Shown piece after piece: positions 12,946 through 27,000 of a DNA stretch of 64,000 nucleotides. The stretch comes from Geosiphon pyriformis uo1 (taxonomy: Eukaryota; Fungi; Glomeromycota). A program made the position numbers and the translations under genes. Position 1 is the stretch's first letter. Each line of letters begins with the position of its first letter. The stretch is from assembly GCA_016748015.1 (NCBI GenBank), contig JAAOMT010000479.1:58332-122331 (forward strand), given 5' to 3'. The notes beneath the pieces are model-generated. The model saw only the letters and a list, made by a program, of their open reading frames with translations. It was not told where the DNA came from and did not search any database.

Positions 12946-15900
12946 TAAAACTTTTTTTTCTTATTTATCTCAATAATTATTAAAAAGTCTCAATTTTGAT
13001 AAAGAAGTTTTTTTAGTTTTTTTTTTTAATCATTCAAGTTAATATATCTAAACTGTTTTTGCTTGAATATAAAACTATTATTGGCACTAATATTGCTATT
13101 ATGAAGAAGGCTGTTAAAAGTTCTGGTTCTAAAATTGTTAACAAAATGTTTTATTTAAGAAAAAAAAGAGAAAATATTTTAAATAATAGCATTATTAATA
13201 GAAATAATTTTAATAAAAAAACAAGTGGTGAATTTTGGAATTCTGAAGCTAGTAATATTATTAAATTTAATAATATTTATATAAAAAGAAAGTTTTTAGT
13301 AAAAAAAACTAATATAGACTATAAAAAAATAATGTTTTTGTTGAGAAAAATTTAAATTTAATGCCAAAAAGTCCTAAATTAGTAACCAAAAAAGCTTTAA
13401 ACACACTACTCAAAAAAATTAATTTTTTGAATATTAATAATAATAATAATATTCTCTTAAATGTTCTTCTGATTTTTTTTTTTATTAAAAAATCTGGTCA
13501 ATGTGTCTGTTAAAAAGTTTTTTGCTTTAAATATTAATTTAAACAACATTGTTAAAAAATTGTCTTAGAAAAAACTTATAGTAATAAGAAAATTATTCTC
13601 AAAAATTAATAGTTTTAGAGAAATTTTTACTCTTTCAAAATTTGCTAATATCATTAGAGTTATATTCACTTCTAAATTTAACTTGGTACAGACAACTATT
13701 TTGGTAAAAGCTAAAAACATTATTGCAAACACCAATTTCAAAAAATTAATAATCTATTCAAATTGGACTATGATAATAAAATAAATATTAATTAAAATAT
13801 TAGCTAAGACTATACATATTACACTATTTAGATTTGGTAAGATTAAGTTAATTAAAATACAGTTGATAGAACTGTAACAAAAAACTGTGATTAAATTTGT
13901 TTAAACAGATTATGCTAATTTAGTTACAGTTAAGTAATTTATTTTGATTAAAAAACAGATATGATAATAAGTAAGAGTTTAGATGTAGTTATTAGTAATA
14001 AGACTATTGTAAGAGCAAAATCTTTGAACCAGTCATTTATTATAAAATTTAAAAAAAAAGAACAATTTATTAGTTATAGTTATAAGCTTACTAACCAAAA
14101 TAGATAATAAAAGTTTGAATTCAAACACTTTTTTTTAACAATAACTGATTTGATTTGAAAAATTGCTACATATAATATTAGAAATATAAACAACTCTACT
14201 AAGCAAAAAAATATTATTTGTTAGTATAAAGAAATAAACAATTTGATTTTCATTGTTATTAAGATAAAATTAAAAAAAAATTTGTTCATAGATTATTAAC
14301 AAGTTTTATAATATTTAAGTATTCACTTTTGGTTTGAATTTTGGTTATTTAAATTCTAGTTTCGCAGTTATTATGAATATTATTTTGGTAAAACATGTAT
14401 ACAAAGTTTTTAAAATTGCTAATTAACTTTTGTTTATTAAGCTGTTTTTTAAAAATAAACTTTTTGTATCAATTTTGGGATTATATATTAATGCTGCTTT
14501 GGCAATATGTTTGGTTTAAGCTGAGAAAATCAAGCTACTAATTATAAAAGCTATAAATAATTTTTTTTTGGTAATTTTAAGTGATAATTTTAATATAAAT
14601 AGTTTTTGTAAGTGTATTAATTTCAAGAAATACTTTAATTAAAGCTAGTTATTTCTTTGATAGAAAGCTTAATTGCAAAAATTTCAATATAAAAAATTTT
14701 AAAAATGCTAAAAAATAATTAATTATGTATTTGTCTTCTTAAATTTGATTAATATAGTAATAAATTATGCAGTTTTAGATATTAGTGAACACTTTAACAC
14801 TAATTATTAAGCTATTTTTATTTCTGTAAGTTTGAGTAGTTTACTTGATATATACTTGATTTTTTTTTGTAAACAAACAAATAAAAATTGTTAGAAATTT
14901 AATTTTAAAAATGTTAATAGTATTAGATAGACCAGTTTCAAAAATACTACTGTGGCTAATATTATAATGTTTTTTGACAAGTTTATAACAGCCAAGAAAT
15001 TCTCAAATCTGAATATAATGTAAAATATTGTTTATAAAGTGATATGTTTATTAACCAATAAAATGTTTAAAAAAAAATGATTCAAGAATTATGATGATGT
15101 CTTTATTAGAAAATTTTTTAAGTTTCATAAATTGAAAGTTTTGGTGTTAAAAATTATCAAGTTTTTATGTATAGGGCTCAGTAGTAAGTTTGCTTCTTTA
15201 ATAAGATGCTAAATATTTTTAAACAGTAATAAAGCTTTAAGTGTTTAAGTTTTATTAAACTCTAATGCTAATTTTAATAATATAAGATCTGTTCTATCTG
15301 ATATTAGAAAATTTTATCATATTTTTAAACTTGCTAAATTGTTAAAGACTAAGGAATTAATTATTATATCTGCTATTATTAAATATATAAAGAGCTTTGT
15401 TGTTAATAAGAGTCATACAATTAGAAATATATTAAAGTATCTATTTAAAAGATAATTTAAAATTATCTAATTGTTAATAATGAATTGGTTTTAAATTCTA
15501 AAAAAATTAAATTTAAAATTAATATAATAATAAAAAATTAAACAAAAAAAAATTGGTTTTAAATAGTATTTTTAATTTGTAGTATTGTCAATATATATTG
15601 CTGGCTTATGTGAATGATAATGCTTTTTCTGGTGTTATGAATACTATTGCTTATGATGATATACTATAGCTAATCAAAAAATTGCTTAATAGAAAAATTG
15701 TTAATTTGTTTAATATTACTAATAAGATTTGAAAATATTGTAATATTTTAGTTTTTAGGATGCTTTTAGGTCTTTTAAAATTTTGTTTGATGTGTAAATT
15801 TATATTCTAATCTTAAAAAAAGACTTGAGTGTCAATAATTTCTAAACTTTACAAATAAAAAAATGTTTGAATCAATACTAGACTAATTGTTTTGATCAAA

Positions 15901-18113
15901 ACTACTCAAAAATATTTTTTAAAATACATTAAAAAAAAGTTGTAAACTTTGGATAGTCTTATAAGATATGCAAAAAATCTATTATTCTGTTAATTGGCTT
16001 TATTTAAAAAATAGCTTAGTTCAAATAAAAATGTCTAAGCAGTTTATTAAGTTCTTTGGTAATATTTACAATAATAAAATTAATAAAATTATAATAGATT
16101 ATGAACTTATAGATAGATATTAAGTATATAATAGTTTAAACCAAAATAAAGTTTTCTTTTTTTTGTTTTGAAAAATTTTTTATAATTTTTTTCTATGTGA
16201 AATTAAAAAACATAAAAGTTTGTATAGTTATTGTATTAATTTTAAGTTTGTTGTTAGAATTAATAGGATTAAAAACCAAACTAAATTAACTTTTTACCAT
16301 ATAATTAATGTTTTTATTAATAATACAATTTGAATAAGAGAAGTTAAGCTATTATTCAATATATTTTGAATATTGCCAGTAAATTTTTTAATATTAATAA
16401 TATTTTAATTAACAATAAGAAAACTATGACTATCTTTATCAATTAAAAGATCAATAATATTTTATTGTTTAAAGAGAAAAATCCTATAAATATTTAAATA
16501 TTTTTTTGTTTTCTAAGAGCTTGTTTAAACTTAATTTAATTAAAATTATTCAAATATTAAGTTTTTTGCCAATAAAATTTTTAAAAAAGTTACTTTGGAT
16601 AAACAGTTTTTTTATTTGATCTCAGTTATATTGTAATTTATTGTTAGTTATAAAACTCAATTCAGTTTTTTTTAAGAATATGTGTAACAAATAAAATACA
16701 CTAATTAAAAAAAGTTTAAAAATAAAAACTGGCTTATTAAAAGATTTTTCCAATGAAACTTTTTATCATTTATTTTTATATAGTTTAAAAATATTTGAAC
16801 AAGTATAAACAAAAAGTAAGATAGTATTTGTTTTGAGTTTTTAAATACTGATAATATTCTTAATAATTTGTTTGATTATAGGTTTTTAGATTTATAAGTA
16901 TTAAATTGGTCTTCTAATTATCTTTTGTAGAATTCTGTAAAGTTAAGAATTAGTCTGGTTATCAATTTTTTGGTTGGTATAATAAAAATTTTTTGAATTT
17001 TGATGTCTTTTTTGTAAACAATCTGCACTTTATGTTTTATTTTTTTGATAACACTTCAATGCCCTTTGTTTTGGAAAGTTTAGTTTTTTATAATGTTATT
17101 TGCTTATTTAAAAAGTTTAATATTGCTTTTTTTGAATAATTATATAATAAAAAGGAACTGGTTTTTGATTGAAAAAGTTTTTGTTATTGGAAAAACTTAA
17201 TTTTAAGAGCCTGATTTCTATTTGGTTCAAGTTAATATATGATTATCTGATTAATACTGTTTCTTGTTTTGCTGACTAATTACCTATTAGTAACTTATAA
17301 CTTTCAAATATTTTTGGTTTAAGTAATTTTTTTATAGTTAAAATAATGTCTTTTTAATGTCAATTTGAATGTTATTAATGTTAACATAAATGAATCTTTG
17401 AGAAATTTGGATATATGTAACATAAAGTGTAGTGCTGCTGTATTTTTTGCTAATTTAAACTTGAATATAAGTATTAAGATTAATAATCTAGTCTTTTTTA
17501 TGTTGGCAAAATTACAAATGATTGCTTTTATCTTAAAATGTGTTTTTGTTTTTAGTGCTGTTATGGTATACTTAAATAGCCAAGCTGTTTTAGATATTTG
17601 TGCTGCAAAATTAGATATGGCTTTGCCAAATTTTTGTAATTAATATTAACTTAAAAGACATTGTACTGTAAATTCTGTTAAAAGTAAAAATCTTAATGTT
17701 TTTTTGTCTAAAATTAAAGACCATTTAGATATTTTAGATAATAAATATGCTAATATGCTAATTAATATGACTTTATATTCAAATTTGGTGCTTTTTGTTT
17801 TTATTAAAGAAAGATATTTCTAAGTTAATAAAGTGGCAGTGTTTAAAAATGCTTATTATTTTGTTTGTAATGTTTTTAGAACTGTCAATTATATTTGCTA
17901 AAAGATTAAATTTGGGTTTAATATTATTAATAAAAACATAATTAAAGATGTGAATTAAGTTTGAACATTATTAGTTTGGCATTTTAACTTGCATATGGCT
18001 TTGGGTTTTACAAATAAATTTATTGTTAATCTATATTTTTATTTTATAAAGACTGTGTAATGTCACTTGTTTATTATTATTTACAAATTTTTGTATGATA
18101 AAAAGCATTCTAG

Positions 18114-21100
18114 TAAAGGTTTAATATTTAGTCTAGTTTGGTTTAAGTTCAATTAAAACACTAAACCAAACCAAACTCAAACAAAAAATTTGGCAAAATT
18201 TTGAACTTAAACTTAAACTTAAACCAGACTTAAAATTATTGAACTTAAACTAAACTCAAATACATACAACAAGTCTAGTTCAAGTTTGGTTTAAAGTTTA
18301 TGAATATGTTCAGATTTAACTATTAAAAATATTATATTATACTATATTATTATTTAATTTTTTTTTCAATGATCTTTGTATCTATGATCGAAAACACTGT
18401 ACTGTTTTTATAGTTTTAGACACTAAATAAGATCTTATATCTGTAATTATATTCTTAGTTGCAAAAAAACTATGTTCAAAAGCAACAAATAATTTTTGGA
18501 TTACCAAATAATTACAAGTCATACACAAGACAAAAAAATTGTGTTTAATATATCTAAATATCAAATTATTAATAAAATATTAGTTTAGATAAATATTTTT
18601 TGTAATATATTTTCTATTATGTTATTACATTTATTTCTCTATTGGCCATCTTTTTAGAGATATAAAAATTAATTTTATCAAGTTTTTTTTTTCATTATTG
18701 TCAAAGTTTGTTTCTAATATAGATTGTATAACTAATATTATAATATTATTAAAATTGCTATTCAACAAAAAACTGTCATTTAATATTGATATAATGTTTA
18801 ATGTATATTTTGTTTTAAAGAGAGTATACATTCTAAAAGTTTATTTATTATATAAGAATCGAAAAATAAAACTGTTTAAATAAATTAATAACTTATAATT
18901 TTTTTGTTTTATTAATATTATCATCTGAAAATTTCCTCTTTGTAAAATAATAGAATTTTTTTTTGGATTCAATATAGTACAAAGTATTATAGTTGTATTT
19001 GTTTTAAAGTAATATTCAGTTAACTTTTTTTTTGTTGCTTTAATTACTATAACAAATAATAAATCTAATATTAAATATGTTAAATAATTAACTAAATAAA
19101 TATAATTAAGATTATAATGCTTTATCAAATTTATTATTATCAATTGTGTTTTTGACATAATAAAAATAATATTAAAAAGAAAAATAATTGAAAAAGCAGT
19201 ATTATTTGAACAAGCTAATATTTTAACTATAATATCTTTAAATAGTTCAAAAAATTTAGCAATTTTATCAAAGCCAGCCTATTGATTATAAGAATTAACA
19301 TATTTATAAAAGTCAATATAAGTATTAATAAAAGTGTTTAAAGCCTATAAATTTTTAGTATTTAATTTAACATGTATTACAGATATATTTAAAAAGCTCA
19401 AAATATTGGAACAAGATATAGATTGCAAAGTTAAATTCTTTAATCTTTAAATTATACAAAGTTTATATTAGAAAAATTTTAAGTAAATATATTCAGTTTG
19501 GATTTTTAACAAATATTTTAAAAATATCATCTTTCATTTTATTTAAAGCCATTTGTATTACTAAGTTTAAAATATAATTAAAGCATTAAAATCAAAGATC
19601 TTCCAAAATTTATTGAATATTTTTTTTTTAATTTTCTTATTAACTTTTTTATAAAAGTATTATTATTTGTGGTATTATCAAGAATAATAGCAAGAAGCTA
19701 TTAAAAAAAATTAAGTTATAACTAATAAAATTAATAATAAACTTGTATAAAAAAAAAGTAAGTATAAATTTTTTTTAAACTTCTTTCTTAACTTTTTTGG
19801 CTAAAAATTTGGCTTGAAACAATAATAAAAACCACTTAAGCTAATATTAAAAAAACACAGTTTTTAATAATATGAACATTATAATAATTCTGAGCTTTAA
19901 ATAATATTAATGCCGAAAATTCAGCTCTAAAACAATGATGAAAACCAACTTAAGTCAACATTGAGAAAACACAATTTTCAATAATATGAGCACTATAATA
20001 ACTCTGAATTTTAAATAATATTAATATGCTGTATAGTATGCTAATTTTATTATTGGCCATTAACTAACCAAAATTCATGCAAAAATATATGTACATATTT
20101 TTAATGTAATTTTAAAATCTTTTAATACTTTAAAAAATCTATTTGCAATATTTATTTTATTATGTTATCTATTTATTAATCCAAAGCTTTGATGTAAAAA
20201 AAATTTGGACTTAATAATATTTAAGTATGCTTATTATGTTATAAGTATGGGTAAAAAAAACATTTTATAATAAAAGTAGGCTTACTCTTAATTTTTGTTT
20301 ATTCAAAACATAGAGTTTTATAACTTTATTTTTAATTGTATTAATACAAACAAATTAAGAAATAAGGTTCAAATATTAGAATATTTCATTAATTTAAGGT
20401 TTTCTACTGTAAAAAGTGGTTGTTAATAGTTAATAAACATAATAGTAATTATATCACAAAGTTTTTTATTATTAATATCAATAGCAGTTATTATAGAAGA
20501 TTAAAGTAGTTTTCTAGTTAGATTGGCTAAAAATTATGAAAAAAATAGCAATTTTATTTGTTGAAACATTTTTTTAATTAACTCACAATTTTTTTAAACA
20601 TTTGTTTTTTTTATAATATTTTTTATTGTAACATATATTGTTTAATAGAAAGTCTCTAAATGACATAATAAGAATTTGATAATATCTATAGTTCTACAAA
20701 AAAATGATTTATGTAAACATTTTAAAACCATATATTTAGCTGTTTTTTTTTCTTTTATCTATTCAAACTTATCAAAATAGTCTTATACTTTACTTTAAAA
20801 ACTAAATTTATTAAATATATTAATATTTGGACTATTTGGTTTATTAAATTTTATTATTTTGGATTTTAAATCTTTAGTAATATTGAATGATATCAATAAT
20901 AAATTTATTTTAGTAAGTTGGAGAATAAAATTGTTATATATGCATAGTTTTATATATCTTTTAATTAATTATATTAATTATATAAAATAATAATTAATAA
21001 ACAAGTAATACAAGTTATATTTTTTTTTAATTTTATTAAACTTAAACAAGTTTGTAAATTTTGAACCAAACTTGAATTCAGATTTGTTAAAAAAATTTAA

Positions 21101-21218
21101 TGCCAAACTTAAACCAAATTTATCTTGAAAATTGGTTTAGTTTAAATTTAATTTATAATTTAAATTGAACTTAGACAACACTCAAAGTTTAATTTAGTTT
21201 GGTTTAATCAAAATCTTA
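18114..21218 (-). mobile_element. hAT-superfamily DNA transposon (decayed) inserted in L1
   Basis: 8-bp TSD CATTCTAG (18106-13) / TATTTTAG (21219-26), and the LINE frame resumes across it. Degenerate TIRs TAAAGGTTTAAT / TAAGATTTTGAT; subterminal AAAC(C/T)-type repeats at both ends. Minus-strand BED finger remnant at ~20650-20790 and hAT dimerization-domain remnant at 18382-18564 (FFVLCMTCNYLVIQKLFVAFEHSFF). Confidence 0.85.
19800..20025. repeat. Two tandem ~112-bp repeats inside a putative hAT transposase intron (19698-20098)
   Basis: 19800-19911 and 19912-20025 align. The flanking exons join as TLK|LLAIILDN; donor ATATGT (decayed GTATGT), acceptor TAG. Confidence 0.75.
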
Positions 21219-21988
21219 TATTTTAGTGTGTTGTGTTTCTATTGTGGAGAAATAAAATATTTTGATTACTTTTTTACATATAAAATGGAGTCTATTGTTC
21301 ACAAAAAATTGCTTGAGTCATATTTAATTCAGTAAAATTTCATGTTGAAATTAAGTTTGTTATTATTTTATATTTTGTAAATACTTTTTTATGTATATTT
21401 AATAATATTGTTTATACTGCTTTATGTAAAAGTTTTGTGTTTAAGGATTGGTTTTTGAAAATTATATCTGTTTTTGGCTATATTAAAGTTGTAAGTAAAA
21501 AGATTATTAACTTTGTGCAAGATTTGAAGATGACTTATTATATTAATATATGACTAGTAAAATCTAAGTATAGGACAATTATAGAGAAAAATAGTCTAAT
21601 TGTACATAATAGTTTTGTGCTTTTAGTAATTTATAGTCTGTTATCTTTACTTTTTAATAGTATTATTAAGTTGCTTAATATTATAGAGACATATAATATT
21701 AGTTTTGGTTTACATAAGTTATGTACTTTTTTTTTTAGGTATAATTATGTAATTTCTGTTAAAATAAAGATGTAGTATAGTTTTAATTAGTCTGAATAAT
21801 TAGTTATATGTAGAAAGTATGTAATTCATGCTTAGTTTAGATTATTTAATTTAATATATTATATTAAATAGTGTTTAAGTTTTACTCAAAAAATAATAAT
21901 AATAATAATAAAATAAAATAAATTTATTTAAGAAAAGCTTTGAAATTTTTATCTTAAAATTAATTAATTTTTGGTTAATAAAATATAT

Positions 21989-22560
21989 TGTTATAAATAA
22001 AACTTTTACTTTTTAATTTTTATCTAATTACTTAGTTATAATTAATTATATATATTAATTATTAATGTTCTATAATTAGTCATCTTATTTTTAAAATAAG
22101 TTATTAATCTAATTATTGATTTAATTATTAATTTTTTTTGATAATATATAAGTAAAATTTTTTAAAACTGTAAAAAAGCATTCATATTTAAATTATACTT
22201 AAATTAATACAATAATATCAATTTTATTATTTTTTATTATTATTTTTATTATTTTTTTAATTTGTACAATTATTAGTTTTTATAAAGTATATTAAATAAA
22301 TATTTACTAAAAAGTATAATTAATACTTAATATTAAATTTTAAAAGTATTAATATAAAATATAGAATTATATTAGCATATTATTTTTTGTTAACAATATA
22401 AACTATTTTTCTATCTTTAAAAAATAATAACTAAGATATTTATGAGATTAATTTTACATATTAATTTTTATTAATTCAATTTATTTATTAAAGTTGAATT
22501 ACTTTTTTGATTATTTTATTGTTATATAATACTGTTTTTTTTGTTATCTATTGGTTTATT
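21989..22560 (+). mobile_element. Family C LTR, opposite orientation to the 11-13 kb copies
   Basis: Begins TGTTATA and is the reverse complement of 12270-12905. Confidence 0.75.
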
Positions 22561-22569
22561 AATCTAACT

Positions 22570-24060
22570 ATAATATAAAAGTAATATTTTTTGTAAGATT
22601 GTTAAATTTTTTAGTTTATTTACTATTGTATAGATAATTACTCTTTTTTAATAAAAAAAATTTAAGATTATTTTATAGTATATAAAAAAAACAATTTAGT
22701 ATATATCAAATTCAATCTTTTTTATTTTGTTTTATTTGTTTTTTAATTAAAAACAATCTAATTAAGAATTTCAAGATTTTTGAAATTGGTTTTTAGTTAA
22801 ATATTTAACCAAAACTTATTTTGCATATATTATTACTCTTTTAATCAAACATATTTTAGAAAAAAATTTGAAACAAAAAACAATTACATAAACTAATTAA
22901 TATTTTTAATATGTTAAAGCAATTCGAAAATTAATAAAATGAGTTAACTCAAAAAAAAACTGGACAAAATAACAAAAAATACATTTATTTACCAAAAATT
23001 GAAAACAAATATACTTTTTATTATATAGCCTCTTTTTATTATTAAAAATAATTTAATCTTATACAAAATTATAAAAATAGTATAGCAAATAGAAAATAAT
23101 TAATAAATATATTTAGAAAATATAATTTTTTTTTAATATTTGTATCCATTTTTAATTTTTTTTCCAATTGGTTGTTATCTTTTTTACTGTTCATGTTTAA
23201 GATTCTAATAAATAATTAATAGATAGATTAATGACTAATTTAATTCAATTTTTAGAACTATTAATAAAAACTATACAAAAAAACCAATAACTTCCAAAAC
23301 TCTAATATTAATTTTAATATATTCAATCTTAGCAGTCTTAATATAATCCAAAACTTAAAGACCAAAATTTTTTTGTCTGTTATTAATATAAAAATACTAG
23401 TTATATAACACGAAATTGTAATAATTTTTTAATGTTTTTTCTAATTCTAAGAAACAATAATCAAACTTTTAATTTAAATATTAATTAGATTTATATTAAT
23501 TTTTTTGGAAAAGATTTCTTAATTAAAATTACAAAATATTAGTCTTTAAACTAATAAATGCACTTTTCAAAAGTAAAAATACAAGCCAAAAAAAAGAAAA
23601 CTTCTTAATTAATTTTTAATTTAATTAATAATAACATAGAAATACAAAAAAATAATAATAAGTTATCAAGTTATATTAAATCCAAAAAACAAAAATATAT
23701 TTTAATCTAGATTTTAACACTATTGTTTCAACATTTAACAACAAAAATAGAGTTTTTAAACTAAAAATATTAAAAATTCACCAAAGTTAAAAACATTTAA
23801 ATTATTTAAAAATTATAATTTTATTTAATTGTAAAAAATTTAATGAAAATACTTGCTTATATTATTTTTGATCAATTTATAACATATTTACAATTTTGAA
23901 AAAATTTCAAAAATTACTAATATTTAAAAATCAACAAATATTTTCAACGAATAATATTAGTTTTTAATAATATATTATTCTTTTTATTTACAAAATTCAA
24001 GTTGCTGGATATTTTATAAATTTAATATTAGATAATAGTTTATTAGTTAGTATTATAACT
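22570..24060 (+). pseudogene. Very decayed Gypsy gag and start of protease (a family distinct from A and B)
   Basis: YVKAIRKLIK*VNSKKNWTK*QKIHLFTK capsid-like segment; decayed zinc knuckle CY*YKNTSYITRNC (23378-23419); protease motif QVAGYFINLILDNS (decayed DSG) at ~24000-24045. Confidence 0.6.
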
Positions 24061-27000
24061 ATCTGTCAGCCACTAATTCATCAGAGAAAAAGTCCAAAAA
24101 ATGCTCAATAATGAATTGATTTAATCATTGAGAAGTTCTTGGGTCTTATTAGTAGTTCTTGTCAAAAAGAAAAATGAAAAAATCAAATTCTGTGTAGATT
24201 ATCATTAGCTTAACAGTATAACAATTAGAAATGTCTATTTTCTTTTAAGAATTGATAGCATGCTAGATGTTCTAGGAAAAGCCAAGTTTTTTTCAACTTT
24301 AGACTTGGAAAGTGAGTACTGACAAGTCAAAATGAACCCAAAAGATTGACCCAAAACAGCATTTATCACTCAAAAAGAAAACTATAAATTCAATATTATG
24401 TTTTTTAAATTCTGCAATGCACCAGCAACATTTTAGTGACTTATGGATATTGTATATGAAGGATTCTTATGCAATTAATAGTTGTTTATCTTAATAACAT
24501 TGATATGTACTTATCAAGTTTTGAAGCTCATCTCATCTACCTGTAAAAAAATTTTTAACAATTATGAAAAGCAAGATTGAAGTTAAACATTAAGAAATAT
24601 CACTTTGAAAAAACAAGTTTAATCTTTCTTGAACACATTGTTAGCAAAGATAGAGTTAAACCAAATTTTAGAACAATCAGTATTATTAAAAACTTTCAAA
24701 CTCCCAAAAACACTACAAAACTATGAGGATTTATAGGTTTAGTCTCTTACTATTAGAAATTTATCAAAAGATTCTCAGAAATTGCCAAACTACTTAATTA
24801 TTTCACCAACAAAAATGTGTTATATCAATGGACTGAAAAACAACAAAAAGCTTTTAAAACTCTTAAAACAAAATTGACAACAGCCCCAGTTCTTGCTTAC
24901 TTAAACTTCAACAAATGGTTCCAACTAGTCACTAATGTTTCACACATAGCATTTAATATCATTCTATTATAATTAAATGAAAATGACCAGAAACAAGTCA
25001 TTGTCTATGCCAATAGAACACTCAAATCAACAAAACTTAAATATGACTCAACTAAATTAGAAGCTGCTGCAGTCATTTGGGCTCTTAAACACTTTCAACA
25101 ATATCTGAAGAATGGAAAAGAATTTGACATTATAACTAACAATAATGGTCTCAAATGGCTCAAAAAAATGAAAATTGAACAAAGTGCCAAATAGTTTTAA
25201 TGGAATAATTTTCTAACAAACTATAAATATATTGTCTATTACAAACCAAAAAAACTACACACTAATGTTGATAGTTTTCAAGAATAAGACAAAATTAAAA
25301 CTGACAGCAACATTACTACAACTTACTAATCTATTAACAAAAATAACCAAACAACAATAGATTTCAGAAATTACAACAATATTAAAAACTATTTGGAAAC
25401 TCTTACCATGTCCGAAAATTGGTTTCTCAGTGAAAAACATTGATTACAACACCAATCAAAACAATATTTTATATACCACAACAAAATTTATTATAAAAAT
25501 TGCAGAAATCCAAACCAATTACTCAAATTAATACAAGGGAATAAAAAAGAAACAATTCTATACAACATGTACACAGATTTATCTTCAGCATACTTGGAAA
25601 AAAATGGAACAATTCAAAGAATTCTTGAATATTATTTTTGGCCCTACATGCAAAAAAACATTCAACAATATGTAGAATCTTGTAATAGTTATCAAAAAAA
25701 AAGAAAAATGCACTCTACAGAACTTTTAAATTCAATCAAAATTGGACAACCTTTTGACAAAGTTAAAATTAATTTAGTCGAACTATTACCTATCACAAAC
25801 CAAAAAAATTGTTATATTGCAGTTGCAGTAGATTATCTTATCAAAAGGCCTAAAGCTAGAGCCATCCAAAGAACAAATACAAAATCAGTAGTAAATTTTA
25901 TCTATGAAAACATTATTTGTAAACATGGATGCTCAATTAAACTTTTATTTGATCAAGGAACATATTTTGTGAACAATTTGATACAAAAAATTTGTGAACA
26001 ATTCAATATTAAAAGATTTTTATCATTACTTTATGATTCCCAAACAAATGGACTTGTAGAATGTTTCAACAGAACATTGTGTGAATTTTTAGCCAAAGTC
26101 TCAATTAATTTTGAGCAAGAATAAGATATCTTTATTCTATCAGTGTTATTAGCATACAGAATACTAAAACAAAATACTATAAAACACATACTATTTGATC
26201 TTACTTATGGAAGAACAGCAATATTACCAATTAATTTCACAATGAAAACATACTCAGTGCAACCAATCAATAAAAAAAACTTCTAAAAAACACTTTAAAG
26301 AAAAGTCTACACTTTTTTTAGTATACTAGAAAGAAAAAGACAGATAGTAACAACTTATATTGAACACTTTTAAGCTCAAAAAAAGAAAAACATAACAACA
26401 AATTACTACCAGTTACCAATGAATTCAAAGTTAAAAATAAAGTTTTCTTACACAAAACTAAGGCTAAAAAACAATAAAATGGAAAATTTAAAAACAAATA
26501 GAATAGACCATTTTATATTTACAAAATTCTAGACAATGAATTATACAAGTTAAGACTTAATAACAAAATACTAACAAAAGTTGCACATAGAGATCGATTA
26601 AAACACTATTATTCCAGAAACAATTCTGAACAATTAATTTAACAAATTGGTATATATTTTCCTTTAATTAATCCTGAAGACATTTCCTAAAATTTAGAAC
26701 CAATAATTATAATAGAACAACAACCAAACTTGAACACTTAATTTAACATATTTTTACAATAATTCTTTTAATAACACACAAAAACAGAAAACAAAAATAG
26801 TAAATAATTACAAGAAACATCCAAACCCAAAAACAAATAAAAACCCCATATGCAAAAATAATTTTCTTGATTCTTTTTATTAGTTAGTTATTTTTATCAT
26901 AATTATTTCCCGAAATATCCAACAAATATCCCAAAAATTAATGTTAGCTTTAAAAACACTATCTGACTTATTCATAATAATTAATGAAAATCAAATTAAT

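Larger units (their letters stand above)
12945..21910 (+). mobile_element. LINE copy L1, heavily decayed, with internal deletions; interrupted by hAT
   Basis: Colinear with L4: ORF1 start (LLEYKTIIGTNIAIMKK), APE, RT, RNase H (17365-17643 ORF), ungapped 3' UTR alignment and an A/(TAA)n tail at ~21889-21910. Part of ORF1 is deleted at ~13955. Confidence 0.9.

Noticed and set aside
12264-22560. Inverted repeats flanking L1 (and 34190-46553 flanking L3) as TIRs of a giant composite element
   Set aside because: They are LTRs with LTR termini and PBS/PPT features; the L1 host sequence continues across the insertion, so independent nested insertions explain them.
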